A stretch of DNA of 64,000 nucleotides from Armatimonadota bacterium (lineage in GTDB: Bacteria > Armatimonadota > SYMT01), in assembly GCA_041690135.1 (NCBI GenBank), contig JAWLHY010000002.1, positions 352,001-416,000 of the forward strand, read 5' to 3'. The notes beneath the pieces are model-generated. The model did not search any database. It was given only the letters and a program-made list of their open reading frames with translations, and was not told where the DNA came from. This document shows, piece by piece, positions 28,817 to 38,324 of the stretch (the first letter of the stretch is position 1; each line of letters opens with the position of its first letter). The position numbers were made by a program, and so were the translations under genes.

Positions 28817-29446
28817 ATGAATAGATGCAAACTTGCGGTTCTTATACCGATTCTCGGCTTGTTGTGCCTTCCGGCCCTCGGAGCCGAGCAGCGGGCCAGG
28901 ACAACTGACGGGCGTGAGGTCATCCTGCGTGACGATGGTACGTGGGTCTACGCCGAACAGGCGAAAGGAAGCAACCTCCAGCATGCCAAGAACGCGGTGC
29001 TCCAGTACAAGGGCAAGCACGAGACGTTCGCCCTCTACCTTCCTCCCAACCTATGGAAGGTCAAGCCCGGAGCCAACGAAGAACTCGAGGTCTCATTCCA
29101 GCACAAGGACGGTGATGCCTTCGCGATGGTGATCGCCGAACGGATCGCCATCCCCATCGAGGCCCTGAAGAAGGTAGTTCTCGATAACTTGAAGGAAGCC
29201 GCCGCGGATGCGGCGATCGTCAAGGAAGAGAAGCGAAAGGTCAACGGCACAGATGGGCTCTGCCTGACCATGAAGGCGACGGTAGAAGGGATCCCTTTCA
29301 CTTACTACGGCTACTACTATTCCGGTCCCGCCGGATCCATCCAGGTAATCACCGTTACGGGGCAGAACCTGTTCGAGGAATTCAAACCGGATCTGGAAAA
29401 GTTCCTGAACGGATTCGTGGTGTTGAAGAAGGCTCCTGCCAGGTGA
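28817..29446 (+). CDS. Secreted hypothetical protein (N-terminal DUF3157-like motif)
   Basis: Signal peptide then ARTTDGREVILRDDGTWVY; AGGAAAG RBS; stop overlaps the egtB start. Confidence 0.75.
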   Translation: MNRCKLAVLIPILGLLCLPALGAEQRARTTDGREVILRDDGTWVYAEQAKGSNLQHAKNAVLQYKGKHETFALYLPPNLWKVKPGANEELEVSFQHKDGDAFAMVIAERIAIPIEALKKVVLDNLKEAAADAAIVKEEKRKVNGTDGLCLTMKATVEGIPFTYYGYYYSGPAGSIQVITVTGQNLFEEFKPDLEKFLNGFVVLKKAPAR

Positions 29447-30723
29447 GGAGCCGAGCGGAGCCGGAAGCCAGGCGGTGGTTTTTAGAAGTCCGGACCCGGA
29501 GCGAGGCGCTGGCCCGGCCGCTGGAGATCGAGGACTACGGGCTTCAGTCGATGCCGGACGCCAGCCCGCCGAAGTGGCACCTGGCGCACACCACGTGGCT
29601 CTTCGAAACTTTCCTGCTCCAGCCCTTCCTGCCCGGCTACCGGCCCTTCCACCCGCAGTTCGGCTACCTGTTCAACTCCTACTACGAGGCGGTGGGCGCC
29701 CGGCACCCGCGACCCCAGCGGGGACTGCTCTCCCGCCCCACGGTGCGCGAAGTCTACGCCTACCGGTCGCACGTCGATGCGGAGATGCAGCGGCTGCTGG
29801 AGAGCCCCGGATCCGCCTGGACGGAGTTTGAGCCGCTGCTGACCCTGGGCCTCCATCACGAGCAGCAGCACCAGGAACTGTTTCTCACGGACCTGAAGCA
29901 CGGGTTCTCCGTCAATCCCCTTCGCCCCGCCTATGCCGCCGGTCGTCCCGACGCGCCGGCGGGATCCACCCCCCTTGCCTGGGTTCCGTTCTCCGGTGGC
30001 GTTCACGAGATTGGCTTCCCCGCCGCACAAGAGGGCGAGTTCTGCTTCGACAACGAGACGCCGAGGCACCGGGTCTATCTTCAGGACTACCGCCTCGCCT
30101 CCCGGCTGGTGACCTGCGGTGAGTACCGCCAGTTCATGGTGGATGGCGGCTACCGTCGCCCGGAGTGGTGGCTCTCGGAGGGCTGGCGCACCGTCCAGGA
30201 GCGGGGCTGGACCGCCCCCCTCTATTGGGAAGAGCGGGACGGCGAGTACCGGCAGATGACCCTCCACGGCATGCGGCCGGTCGACCCGGACGAGCCCGTC
30301 TGCCACGTGAGCTACTTCGAGGCCGATGCCTTCGCCCGGTGGGCCGGGAAGCGCCTCCCCACGGAGGCGGAGTGGGAACACGCCGCGGAGTCCCTCTCGC
30401 CGCTGGGTCCGACGGAGGGCAACTTCGTGGAGAGCGGTCATTTCCATCCGGTACCGGCCGGCGCGGAGGGGGAGGGTTTGCGACAGTTTTTCGGGGACGT
30501 GTGGGAGTGGACCGCCAGCCCCTACGTTCCCTATCCCGGCTTCCGACCGGCGACCGGCGCCGTGGGGGAGTACAACGGCAAGTTCATGTGCAACCAGTTC
30601 GTGCTGCGCGGCGGCTCCTGCGCCACTCCCCGCTCCCATATTCGCGCCACCTACCGCAACTTCTTCCCCCCGGACGCCCGCTGGCAGTTCACGGGCCTTC
30701 GCCTGGCCGACGATGTGGGCTAA
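29443..30723 (+). CDS. egtB: Ergothioneine sulfoxide synthase (DinB plus FGE-like domains)
   Basis: QSMPDASPPKWHLAHTTW, FNSYY, RPQR, iron motif HEQQHQE, RLPTEAEWE, GEYNGKFM, YRNFF. Confidence 0.95.
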   Translation: MRSRAEPEARRWFLEVRTRSEALARPLEIEDYGLQSMPDASPPKWHLAHTTWLFETFLLQPFLPGYRPFHPQFGYLFNSYYEAVGARHPRPQRGLLSRPTVREVYAYRSHVDAEMQRLLESPGSAWTEFEPLLTLGLHHEQQHQELFLTDLKHGFSVNPLRPAYAAGRPDAPAGSTPLAWVPFSGGVHEIGFPAAQEGEFCFDNETPRHRVYLQDYRLASRLVTCGEYRQFMVDGGYRRPEWWLSEGWRTVQERGWTAPLYWEERDGEYRQMTLHGMRPVDPDEPVCHVSYFEADAFARWAGKRLPTEAEWEHAAESLSPLGPTEGNFVESGHFHPVPAGAEGEGLRQFFGDVWEWTASPYVPYPGFRPATGAVGEYNGKFMCNQFVLRGGSCATPRSHIRATYRNFFPPDARWQFTGLRLADDVG

Positions 30724-30734
30724 CACGCCACAAC

Positions 30735-30791
30735 CTTTCTAAATCCCCTTTATTAAAGCCTGTTGACGAAGCCCTCTATCCGTCTTACACT
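30735..30791 (+). promoter_or_regulatory. Sigma70-type promoter with upstream AT-rich imperfect palindrome (possible ROK operator)
   Basis: TTGACG (30763-30768)-N17-TACACT (30786-30791); CTTTCTAAA-TCCCC-TTTATTAAAG at 30735-30758. Confidence 0.6.
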
Positions 30792-30896
30792 TGGCGTAAG
30801 GGCCGCGCACGTTCGGGCGTACAGTCGCAAGGTGAACGGCAATCCTCGCGGCTACGGACCGGCCAGAACACCTGAATACCCGAATACCTGACTCCC

Positions 30897-32141
30897 GTGA
30901 CCCAACTCTCCGTCGTCCAACCCAGCCTGCTTAGCCGCATCAACGAGCGCCAGGTCCTGCGCACCATCCAGGCCTGTGGGCCGCTCTCGCGCGCGGAAGT
31001 GGCCCGGCACTCCGGCATCAGCGCCCCAACAGCTTCCAAAGCAGTAGAAGCGCTCCTGCGGGCCGGTTTCCTGGAAGAAGGGGAAGCCGTGGAACTGGCG
31101 CGCGGCCGGCCTGCGAAGAAGCTCCGCCTCGCCAACCGGACGGCCCAGGTCCTGGGGCTGGTCATCGACGCGGGGACGAGCCGGCTCGTGGCGGCCGGGC
31201 TCGACGGCAAGCTGCACGAAGAGCGGACCGTGGAGTTCGCCACGCCGGAGACCTACGACGCGCTGATCGCCACGGCCACAGAGATTGCGGGGCCGCTGGT
31301 ACAGCGATCGGGTGTCGCCACACTCGGCCTGGCAGTCTCCATGCCGGGCCAGATCGACTACCGTCAACAGGCCGGTGTCCTCTCTCCCAACCTTCCCCTC
31401 ACCAACGGGCGCACGCCTGGGCTGGATCTCTCTGAGCGGCTGGGGATCGACTGCATCCTGATCCAGGAGTCCCACGCGCTCTGCCTGGCGGAGCGGTACT
31501 ACGGCGAGGCCCGGGGCATCGATGATTTCGCCATGCTGGATGTGGCGACCGGCGTCGGTCTCGGCGTGATGAGTGGGGGACGCCTGTTGACCGGGCATAG
31601 TGGCCTGGCCGGAGAGATCGGGCATACCACCGTGGATCTGGACGGCCGTCCCTGCGGCTGTGGAAACCGGGGCTGCCTGGAAACCGTTGCCTGTGACTCG
31701 GCACTGGCCCGGGCCGTATCTCAACGTGTCGGCCGCCGGCTCAGCTTCGAGGAGTTGCTTGCGGGAGTCCAGAGTGGTGAACTGACCATCACGGAGGAGC
31801 TGGATCGCACGGTCCGCTACCTGGGGGTCGCGCTGGCGGCGGTGCTCAACCTGTTCAACCCGTCCACCCTCTTCGTGCACGGAAGGCTGTTCGGGCTGGA
31901 CGACGAACTGTTTTCCCGGGTGGTGGAGGAAGCCCGCCTCCGGACGCTGCCGCCTTCCTTCGCGGACTGCCGGATCATCCAGGCCCGTGGCAGTAAGCGG
32001 CAGGGCGCGGTGGCGGCGATGATCGAGCATTTGACGGACGCGGTGGTTCCGGCCGAGGCCCCACAGCTCCGCTATCATCCCAATGGCGGCAGCGCGGCCG
32101 CCGGGGCTCTCAATGGGGCCGGAGGGGGAGGGGAAGTATGA
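30897..32141 (+). CDS. ROK-family transcriptional regulator
   Basis: N-terminal HTH (GPLSRAEVA...PTAS); GVGLG; AGEIGH; CGCGNRGCLE. Confidence 0.93.
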   Translation: MTQLSVVQPSLLSRINERQVLRTIQACGPLSRAEVARHSGISAPTASKAVEALLRAGFLEEGEAVELARGRPAKKLRLANRTAQVLGLVIDAGTSRLVAAGLDGKLHEERTVEFATPETYDALIATATEIAGPLVQRSGVATLGLAVSMPGQIDYRQQAGVLSPNLPLTNGRTPGLDLSERLGIDCILIQESHALCLAERYYGEARGIDDFAMLDVATGVGLGVMSGGRLLTGHSGLAGEIGHTTVDLDGRPCGCGNRGCLETVACDSALARAVSQRVGRRLSFEELLAGVQSGELTITEELDRTVRYLGVALAAVLNLFNPSTLFVHGRLFGLDDELFSRVVEEARLRTLPPSFADCRIIQARGSKRQGAVAAMIEHLTDAVVPAEAPQLRYHPNGGSAAAGALNGAGGGGEV

Positions 32142-34798
32142 ATTCGCGAGTCGTTCTGGCCACCGGCCTTACCAGCGTGCTGGTCGGGGGGATCACCCTC
32201 GCCGCCGTGGCGAAACCGGATCCCGCTCCGGCGGCCGGCGTTCCCAAGGCAGGTGCTGCTTCGGCGCTTTCCGGACCCGAGGGCGAGAAGTTCTTCGCCG
32301 AACAGGTGCGCCCTCTCCTGGAACAGAAGTGCGTGAGCTGCCACAGCGGCGAAAAGCCCCAGGGCGACCTGCGCCTGACTACGCGCGCGGCCCTGCTCAA
32401 GGGCGGCGTCAGCGGTCCCGCCGCGATCGCCGGGCAGCCGGGCAAGAGCCTGCTGATCTCCGCGATCAACTTCCAGGGACGGCGCATGCCGCCGCAGGGG
32501 CAGATGGCGCCCAAGGACATCGCCACCCTCACCCGGTGGGTCGCGCTGGGGATGCCGTGGCCGGCGGGAGAGCACGCCAGCCTGGAGCCGAAGGCGGAGC
32601 ACGGCCCGCCGCAGGTGAACGAGAAGACGAAGCAGTTCTGGTCGTTCCAGCCTGTCCGGCGTCCCGCGGTGCCCGCGGTGAAGATGAAGGCGTGGGTCCG
32701 CAACCCGATCGATGCTTTTGTGCTGAAGCGGCTGGAGTCGGAGGGCCTGAAGCCGAACCCCACGGCCAGCCGTGCGACCCTGATCCGGCGCGCCTACTAC
32801 GACATGCTGGGCCTGCCCCCGACCCCGGAAGAGGTCCAGGCTTTCCTGAACGACAAGAGCCCGAATGCGTGGGAGAAGGTGGTCGACCGTCTCCTCGCCT
32901 CGCCGCAGTACGGGGAGAAGTGGGGACGGCACTGGCTCGACCTGGTGCGGTTTGCGGAGTCGAACAGCTACGAGCGCGACGGCACCAAGCCGAACGCCTG
33001 GCGCTACCGGGACTACGTGATCCGGAGCTTCAACGAGGACAAGCCGTATGACCAGTTTGTCACCGAGCAACTGGCCGGCGACGAGCTGAGCCCCCGCACC
33101 CCGGAGCGCCTGATCGCCACCGGCTACTACCGGCTGGGAATCTGGGACGACGAGCCCGCCGACCCGCTGCTGGCGCTGTACGACGACCTGGACGACATCG
33201 CCAACACCACCGGGCAGACCTTCCTCGGCATGACCATCGGCTGCGCCCGCTGCCACGATCACAAGATCGACCCGATGCCGCAGAAGGACTACTACCGGTT
33301 CCTGGCGTTCTTCAGCGGCGTGCGCCGGTACGGCGTGCGGAGCCACGAATCGGTGGAAGCCGCATCCCTCCGCTCCATCGCCACGGAGGAAGAGAAGCGG
33401 ATGCACCGCGAACGCGTCGCGCCGCTCCTGGCGGAGAACGCCCGCAAGATCCAGGCCGTGGAGGACCGCCTCCTCCCGGACCTCACCCCGGTCGAGAAAG
33501 AGGAGTGGCGGAACCCGTTCGCCCGGTTCGACATCGCCGCCAAGCGGGTGCCGAAGCTGCTGTCGCGCCGCGACCTGGGCGACTATCGCCGCCTGCTGGA
33601 AGAACGGCGGCGGCTCCAGCGCTCGGAGATGACCGACCTGCCGATGGCGCTCTGCGTGACGGAAGAGCGGCAGCCCCGGGAAACGTTCGTGCTCCTCCGC
33701 GGCAACCCGCACGCCAAGGGCGACCCGGTGGAGCCCGGCTTCCTCTCCGTCCTCACGCCGCCGCAGCCGCGGGTCGTGCCGGCGGCCCACGGCGACACCA
33801 GCGGCCGCCGTCTCGCCCTGGCGCAGTGGATCGCCAGCCGCGAGAACCCCCTCACCTCCCGGGTGATGGTCAACCGCGTGTGGCACTACCACTTCGGCCG
33901 CGGCCTGGTGAAGTCCACCAGTAACTTCGGCTTCCAGGGCGACAAGCCGACCCATCCGGAGTTGCTGGACTGGCTCGCTGATCGGTTCAGCAGCCCGGCA
34001 ACGGTTTCTGTCGCTTCCAACAGGGCCGGGCAGGGCAAGGGACAATTGACAATTGACAATTCTCAATTGTCAATTGTCAATTCCCGGTCAGGCGCCGAGT
34101 TCAAGACCGGCTTCGGCTGGCGCCTCAAGCCCCTCCACCGGCTGATCCTGCTCTCCAACACCTATAAGATGTCGTCTCAGGCCCAGCCCGCGGCGCTGAA
34201 GAAGGACCCGGAGAATGACCTGCTCTGGCGGTTCGACATGCGTCGTCTCCAGGCGGAAGAGGTGCGGGACGCCATCCTGGCCGTGAACGGCAGCCTGAAC
34301 CCCAAGATGTGGGGGCCCAGCTTCTATCCCGACATCCCGGCGGACGTGCTGGCGGGGCAGTCGCGGCCCGGTGAGAACTGGGGCAAGTCCTCTCCCGAGG
34401 AGCAGCGGCGACGGAGCGTCTATATCTTCGTGAAGCGCTCCCTGATGACGCCGATCATCGCCAGCTTCGACGGTCCGGAGACCGACTTCACCTGTCCGAA
34501 CCGGTTCTCCACCACGCAGCCGACCCAGGCGCTGGGCATGCTGAACAGCGAGTGGACCAACGAGCAGGCGCACGTGCTGGCGGAGTACCTGCGGAAGCAC
34601 GCCGGTGACGACACCGCCGCCCAGGTAAAGCTGGCCCTCTGGCGGGTGACCCAGCGGGAGCCCACGCCGAAGGAGATCGAGCGCGGCGTGAACCTGATCC
34701 GCGATCTGCAGAAGGAAGACGGCAAGAAGCCCGAAGAGGCGCTGCAAGCCTTCTGCGTCGTCGCCCTGAACCTGAACGAGTTTCTGTACCTGGACTAG
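32138..34798 (+). CDS. Planctomycete cytochrome c / DUF1549 / DUF1553 protein
   Basis: CVSCH, WSFQP, NPIDAF, YGEKWGRHWLD, CARCHDHK, RVMVNRVW, PTHPELLDWLA, QALGMLN, NLNEFLYLD. Confidence 0.93.
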   Translation: MNSRVVLATGLTSVLVGGITLAAVAKPDPAPAAGVPKAGAASALSGPEGEKFFAEQVRPLLEQKCVSCHSGEKPQGDLRLTTRAALLKGGVSGPAAIAGQPGKSLLISAINFQGRRMPPQGQMAPKDIATLTRWVALGMPWPAGEHASLEPKAEHGPPQVNEKTKQFWSFQPVRRPAVPAVKMKAWVRNPIDAFVLKRLESEGLKPNPTASRATLIRRAYYDMLGLPPTPEEVQAFLNDKSPNAWEKVVDRLLASPQYGEKWGRHWLDLVRFAESNSYERDGTKPNAWRYRDYVIRSFNEDKPYDQFVTEQLAGDELSPRTPERLIATGYYRLGIWDDEPADPLLALYDDLDDIANTTGQTFLGMTIGCARCHDHKIDPMPQKDYYRFLAFFSGVRRYGVRSHESVEAASLRSIATEEEKRMHRERVAPLLAENARKIQAVEDRLLPDLTPVEKEEWRNPFARFDIAAKRVPKLLSRRDLGDYRRLLEERRRLQRSEMTDLPMALCVTEERQPRETFVLLRGNPHAKGDPVEPGFLSVLTPPQPRVVPAAHGDTSGRRLALAQWIASRENPLTSRVMVNRVWHYHFGRGLVKSTSNFGFQGDKPTHPELLDWLADRFSSPATVSVASNRAGQGKGQLTIDNSQLSIVNSRSGAEFKTGFGWRLKPLHRLILLSNTYKMSSQAQPAALKKDPENDLLWRFDMRRLQAEEVRDAILAVNGSLNPKMWGPSFYPDIPADVLAGQSRPGENWGKSSPEEQRRRSVYIFVKRSLMTPIIASFDGPETDFTCPNRFSTTQPTQALGMLNSEWTNEQAHVLAEYLRKHAGDDTAAQVKLALWRVTQREPTPKEIERGVNLIRDLQKEDGKKPEEALQAFCVVALNLNEFLYLD
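34044..34082. repeat. Heptamer-built 18-bp perfect inverted repeat inside a CDS
   Basis: AATTGACAATTGACAATT-CTC-AATTGTCAATTGTCAATT. Confidence 0.9.
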
Positions 34799-34831
34799 GT
34801 AACCGCGGTGAAAACAGACCGGAGAAAGCTG

Positions 34832-36298
34832 ATGGCACATCGCAAAGGTGAGTTCTGTGGGCGGACGCGCCGCCAGTTCCTGTGGGAGACCGGCTGCGGG
34901 TTTACGGGTACGGCGCTGGCGGCCATGCTGGGGGAGGACGGCTTCCTGGGCACGCAGGCGGTCGCCGCGGACGGGAAGACGCCTTTCAAGAACCCTCTCG
35001 CCCCCAAGGAGCCGCACTTTAAGGGCAAGGCGAAGTCGGTCATCTTCCTCTACATGTACGGCGGCCCCAGCCAGATCGATACCTTCGACTACAAGCCGCA
35101 GATGAAGGGGATGGACAACAAAACGGTCCAGGTGAAGACCTTCGGCCGCGGCGGCCACAAGAACGTCGGACGGATCGTGGAGCCGCGCTGGAACTTCAAG
35201 CAGTACGGTCAATGCGGCAAGTGGGTGTCGGACCTCTTCCCCCACCTGGCGAAGCACGTGGACGACATCGCCTTCATCCACTCGATGACGGCCGATTCCC
35301 CCATACACGGCTCCGCCATGCTCCAGATGAACACGGGCAAGATCCTGAGCGGCGCGCCCTGCCTCGGCTCCTGGGTGAACTACGGCCTGGGTACGGTGAA
35401 CCAGAACCTGCCCGGCTTCGTGGTGATGCTCGACCCGCGCGGCGGGCCCATCAGCGGCGCCAAGAACTGGAGCAGCGGTTACATGCCGGCCTACTACCAG
35501 GCCACGATGATGCGCTCCAGCGGCACCCCGATCCTCGACCTGAAGCGGCCGGCGGGGCAGACGGAGCAGGTGCAGCGCCGGATGCTGGACGCCCTCCAGG
35601 AGTACAACGAGGAGCACCAGCGACCCCGCGATTTCAACTCCAACCTGGCCGCCCGGATCGCGAGCTACGAGCTGGCGTTCAAGATGCAGGCCACCGCGCC
35701 GGAAGCGGTCGATCTCGCCCAGGAGAGCGAGAAGACCAGGGAGCTGTACGGCCTCAACGATAAGCGCACCGAAGTATTCGGCCGCCAGTGCCTCCTCGCG
35801 CGGCGCCTGGTGGAGCGCGGCGTGCGGTTCATCCAGCTCTACTCCGGCGGCAACCACGTCGATACGACCTGGGACGCCCATAACGACCTGAAGACGAACC
35901 ACGATCTCCACGCGGGTGAGACGGACCAGCCGATCGCCGCGCTGATCCAGGACCTGAAGCAGCGGGGTATGCTCGACTCGACCCTGATCGTGTGGGGCGG
36001 CGAGTTCGGGCGTCAACCGACCGCCGAGTACTCGGAAGGGACCGGTCGGGACCATAACTCCTACGGCTTCACCATGTGGATGGCCGGCGGCGGCATCAAG
36101 GGCGGGGTGAGCGTTGGCCAAACGGACGAACTCGGCAGCGCCGCGGTGGAGGATCCCTTCCACGTGAAGCACCTCCACGCCACGATCCTCCAGTGCCTGG
36201 GCTTCGATCCGAACCGCCTCTCGTACTTCTACGGCGGCCTGGATCAGAAGCTCGTCGGCGTGGAAGGCGCGGAGCCGATCCACAAGGTCCTGGGCTGA
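34832..36298 (+). CDS. DUF1501 domain protein
   Basis: TRRQFL, KAKSVIFLYMYGGPSQIDTFDYKP, CLLARRLVERGVRF, WDAH, GEFGR, GRDHN. Confidence 0.93.
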   Translation: MAHRKGEFCGRTRRQFLWETGCGFTGTALAAMLGEDGFLGTQAVAADGKTPFKNPLAPKEPHFKGKAKSVIFLYMYGGPSQIDTFDYKPQMKGMDNKTVQVKTFGRGGHKNVGRIVEPRWNFKQYGQCGKWVSDLFPHLAKHVDDIAFIHSMTADSPIHGSAMLQMNTGKILSGAPCLGSWVNYGLGTVNQNLPGFVVMLDPRGGPISGAKNWSSGYMPAYYQATMMRSSGTPILDLKRPAGQTEQVQRRMLDALQEYNEEHQRPRDFNSNLAARIASYELAFKMQATAPEAVDLAQESEKTRELYGLNDKRTEVFGRQCLLARRLVERGVRFIQLYSGGNHVDTTWDAHNDLKTNHDLHAGETDQPIAALIQDLKQRGMLDSTLIVWGGEFGRQPTAEYSEGTGRDHNSYGFTMWMAGGGIKGGVSVGQTDELGSAAVEDPFHVKHLHATILQCLGFDPNRLSYFYGGLDQKLVGVEGAEPIHKVLG

Positions 36299-36302
36299 CG
36301 CC

Positions 36303-36328
36303 GATTAGGACAAGGATTAGGATTAGGA
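36303..36328. repeat. Hexamer array (GATTAG)n
   Basis: gattaggacaaggattaggattagg between co-directional genes. Confidence 0.65.
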
Positions 36329-36363
36329 AGACTCGGATCCAGAGGCTGGCGGAATAACATCCT

Positions 36364-37104
36364 GTGTCCGTTTCCACTCACAGAATAGCGATGTGGTCCG
36401 GTCCGCGGAACATTTCCACGGCGCTCATGCGCTCGTGGGGGAACCGGCCGGACACCTTCGTCTGTGACGAGCCGCTTTACGCGCACTACCTGAAGGTCAC
36501 CGGCCTGGACCACCCGGGCCGGGACGAGATCGTCGCGCACCACGAGAACGACTGGCGCGAGGTGGCGGCGTGGCTCACCGGGCCGATCCCGGAGGGCAAG
36601 GTAGTCTTCTACCAGAAGCACATGGCGCACCACCTCCTCCCCGAAATCGAACGGGAGTGGCTCGGCTCGCTCACGCACTGCTTCCTTATCCGCGAGCCGC
36701 GGGAGATGCTGACCTCGCTGATTAAGGTCCTGCCCCGGCCGCGGCTGGAGGACACCGGTCTCCCGCAGCAGGTGGAGCTGTTCGAGCGCGAGCGGGAGCG
36801 GACCGGCGCAACGCCGCCGGTGCTGGACGCGCGCGACGTGCTGGACGACCCTCGCGGCATGCTGGAGGCCCTCTGCCGGAAGGTGGGAGTCCCCTTCACC
36901 GAGGCCATGCTCTCCTGGCCCGCCGGCCCTCGCGCCACGGATGGCATCTGGGCCAGGCACTGGTACAGCCAGGTGGAGCGCACCACGAGCTTCCAGCCGT
37001 TCAAGCCCAAGGGGGAAAAGGTGCCGTCCGAACTCCAGCCCCTGCTGGCAGAGTGTGAGACGCTGTATACTTGCCTGTATCAACAGCGCCTGCACTCATC
37101 ATGA
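36364..37104 (+). CDS. Sulfotransferase-like P-loop protein (partner of class IV aminotransferases)
   Basis: IAMWSGPRNISTALMRSW, DEPLY, QKHMAHH, FLIREP, DGIWARHWY; ATGA overlap with the next gene. Confidence 0.88.
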   Translation: MSVSTHRIAMWSGPRNISTALMRSWGNRPDTFVCDEPLYAHYLKVTGLDHPGRDEIVAHHENDWREVAAWLTGPIPEGKVVFYQKHMAHHLLPEIEREWLGSLTHCFLIREPREMLTSLIKVLPRPRLEDTGLPQQVELFERERERTGATPPVLDARDVLDDPRGMLEALCRKVGVPFTEAMLSWPAGPRATDGIWARHWYSQVERTTSFQPFKPKGEKVPSELQPLLAECETLYTCLYQQRLHSS

Positions 37105-38000
37105 AACAAACCTGGAACGAAAAGAACCGCGACCTGCTCGTGAACATCAACGGTAGGCTGATCCACCGGGATGAAGCCGGGATCAGCCCCTTCGACTCGG
37201 CCGTCCAGGGTGGCGACGCCGTGTGGGAAGGGCTGCGGCTTTACCAAGGGCGCATCTTCAAGCTGCGGGAGCACCTGGACCGCCTCCGCAGCTCCGCGCT
37301 GGCGCTGGCATTCGCGGAGATCCCCAGCCACGAGGCGATCATCGAGGAGATCCGCCGCACCCTGGCCGCGAACCAGATGACGGACGGCGTCCACATCCGC
37401 CTTACGCTGACGCGCGGGGTGAAAATCACCTCCGGCATGGACCCCCGCCTCAACCAGTCCGGCCCCACCCTCATCGTGCTCGCCGAGCACAAGGCGCCCG
37501 TCTACGACAAGGGCGGCATCACCCTCATCACCAGCAGCGTCCGCCGCCCGCCCCCGGACGTGATGGACCCGAAGATCCACCACTGCAACCTCATCCCCTC
37601 GATTCTCGCCAAGATCGAGGCGAATGTCGCCGGCGCGGACGATGCCCTGATGCTGGACACCCGCGGCTTCGTGGCGGAGACTAACGCGACCCACGTCTTC
37701 CTGGTGCACGCCGGGACCGTCGCCACCAGCCGCGACGTCGCCTGCCCGGAAGGGATCACCCGCGACACGGTCCTCAACCTCTGCCGCGAGCACGGCATCC
37801 CGTATCAGGAGAAGGACCTCTCCCTCACGGAAGTCTACCGGACGGACGAGTTGTTCTGCACCGGTACCATGGGCGAGCTGGCGCCCGTGGTCCGCGTCGA
37901 CGGCCGCACCATAGGCACCGGGGATACCGGACCGGTCACCCAGCGCCTCATGGAGCTCTTCCGCGCCCTGACGGCCAGAGAGGGAGAGCCGGTCATTTGA
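37101..38000 (+). CDS. Class IV (BCAT/DAT-like) aminotransferase
   Basis: FDSAVQGGDAVWEGLR, HLDRL, ETNATHVF, GITR, GTMGEL. Confidence 0.92.
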   Translation: MKQTWNEKNRDLLVNINGRLIHRDEAGISPFDSAVQGGDAVWEGLRLYQGRIFKLREHLDRLRSSALALAFAEIPSHEAIIEEIRRTLAANQMTDGVHIRLTLTRGVKITSGMDPRLNQSGPTLIVLAEHKAPVYDKGGITLITSSVRRPPPDVMDPKIHHCNLIPSILAKIEANVAGADDALMLDTRGFVAETNATHVFLVHAGTVATSRDVACPEGITRDTVLNLCREHGIPYQEKDLSLTEVYRTDELFCTGTMGELAPVVRVDGRTIGTGDTGPVTQRLMELFRALTAREGEPVI

Positions 38001-38066
38001 CCCATGGGGTGTTGTCCTTGCTCGATGAACCGTTAGGGAACGCCGTTGACCCTGGCCTTCGGCCCC

Positions 38067-38090
38067 CTGCCCCCCAATCCTGGGGGGCAG
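38067..38090. repeat. 10-bp hairpin (REP or terminator-like)
   Basis: CTGCCCCCCA-ATCC-TGGGGGGCAG. Confidence 0.5.
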
Positions 38091-38324
38091 TACAACCACA
38101 CGACAGGTGCGGGCGACCGGGTCGTGCTGCACTCCCAACATACGGACCAGCAGGGGTAAATCCCGGACTTCGTCAGAGCCGTGCCGATAGGCACTGCCTT
38201 CCCCCGGTTGATTGTGCTGCAATGGCCTCTTATGGTATGGTCAGGCCGATGCACCTTCGCGGAAGCGGTCCCTGAACATATCCAAGGACCTCACCGCACG
38301 GATCGACAGATAGGAACCAGTCCA

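Noticed and set aside
29443-30723. Selenoneine (senA) or ovothiol (ovoA) synthase
   Set aside because: No senB or selD-like gene is nearby and there is no C-terminal methyltransferase; motifs and egtD linkage fit EgtB.
38000-38324. T-box or attenuator upstream of tyrS
   Set aside because: No GGTGGnACC T-box, no U-tailed terminator and no Tyr-rich uORF were found.
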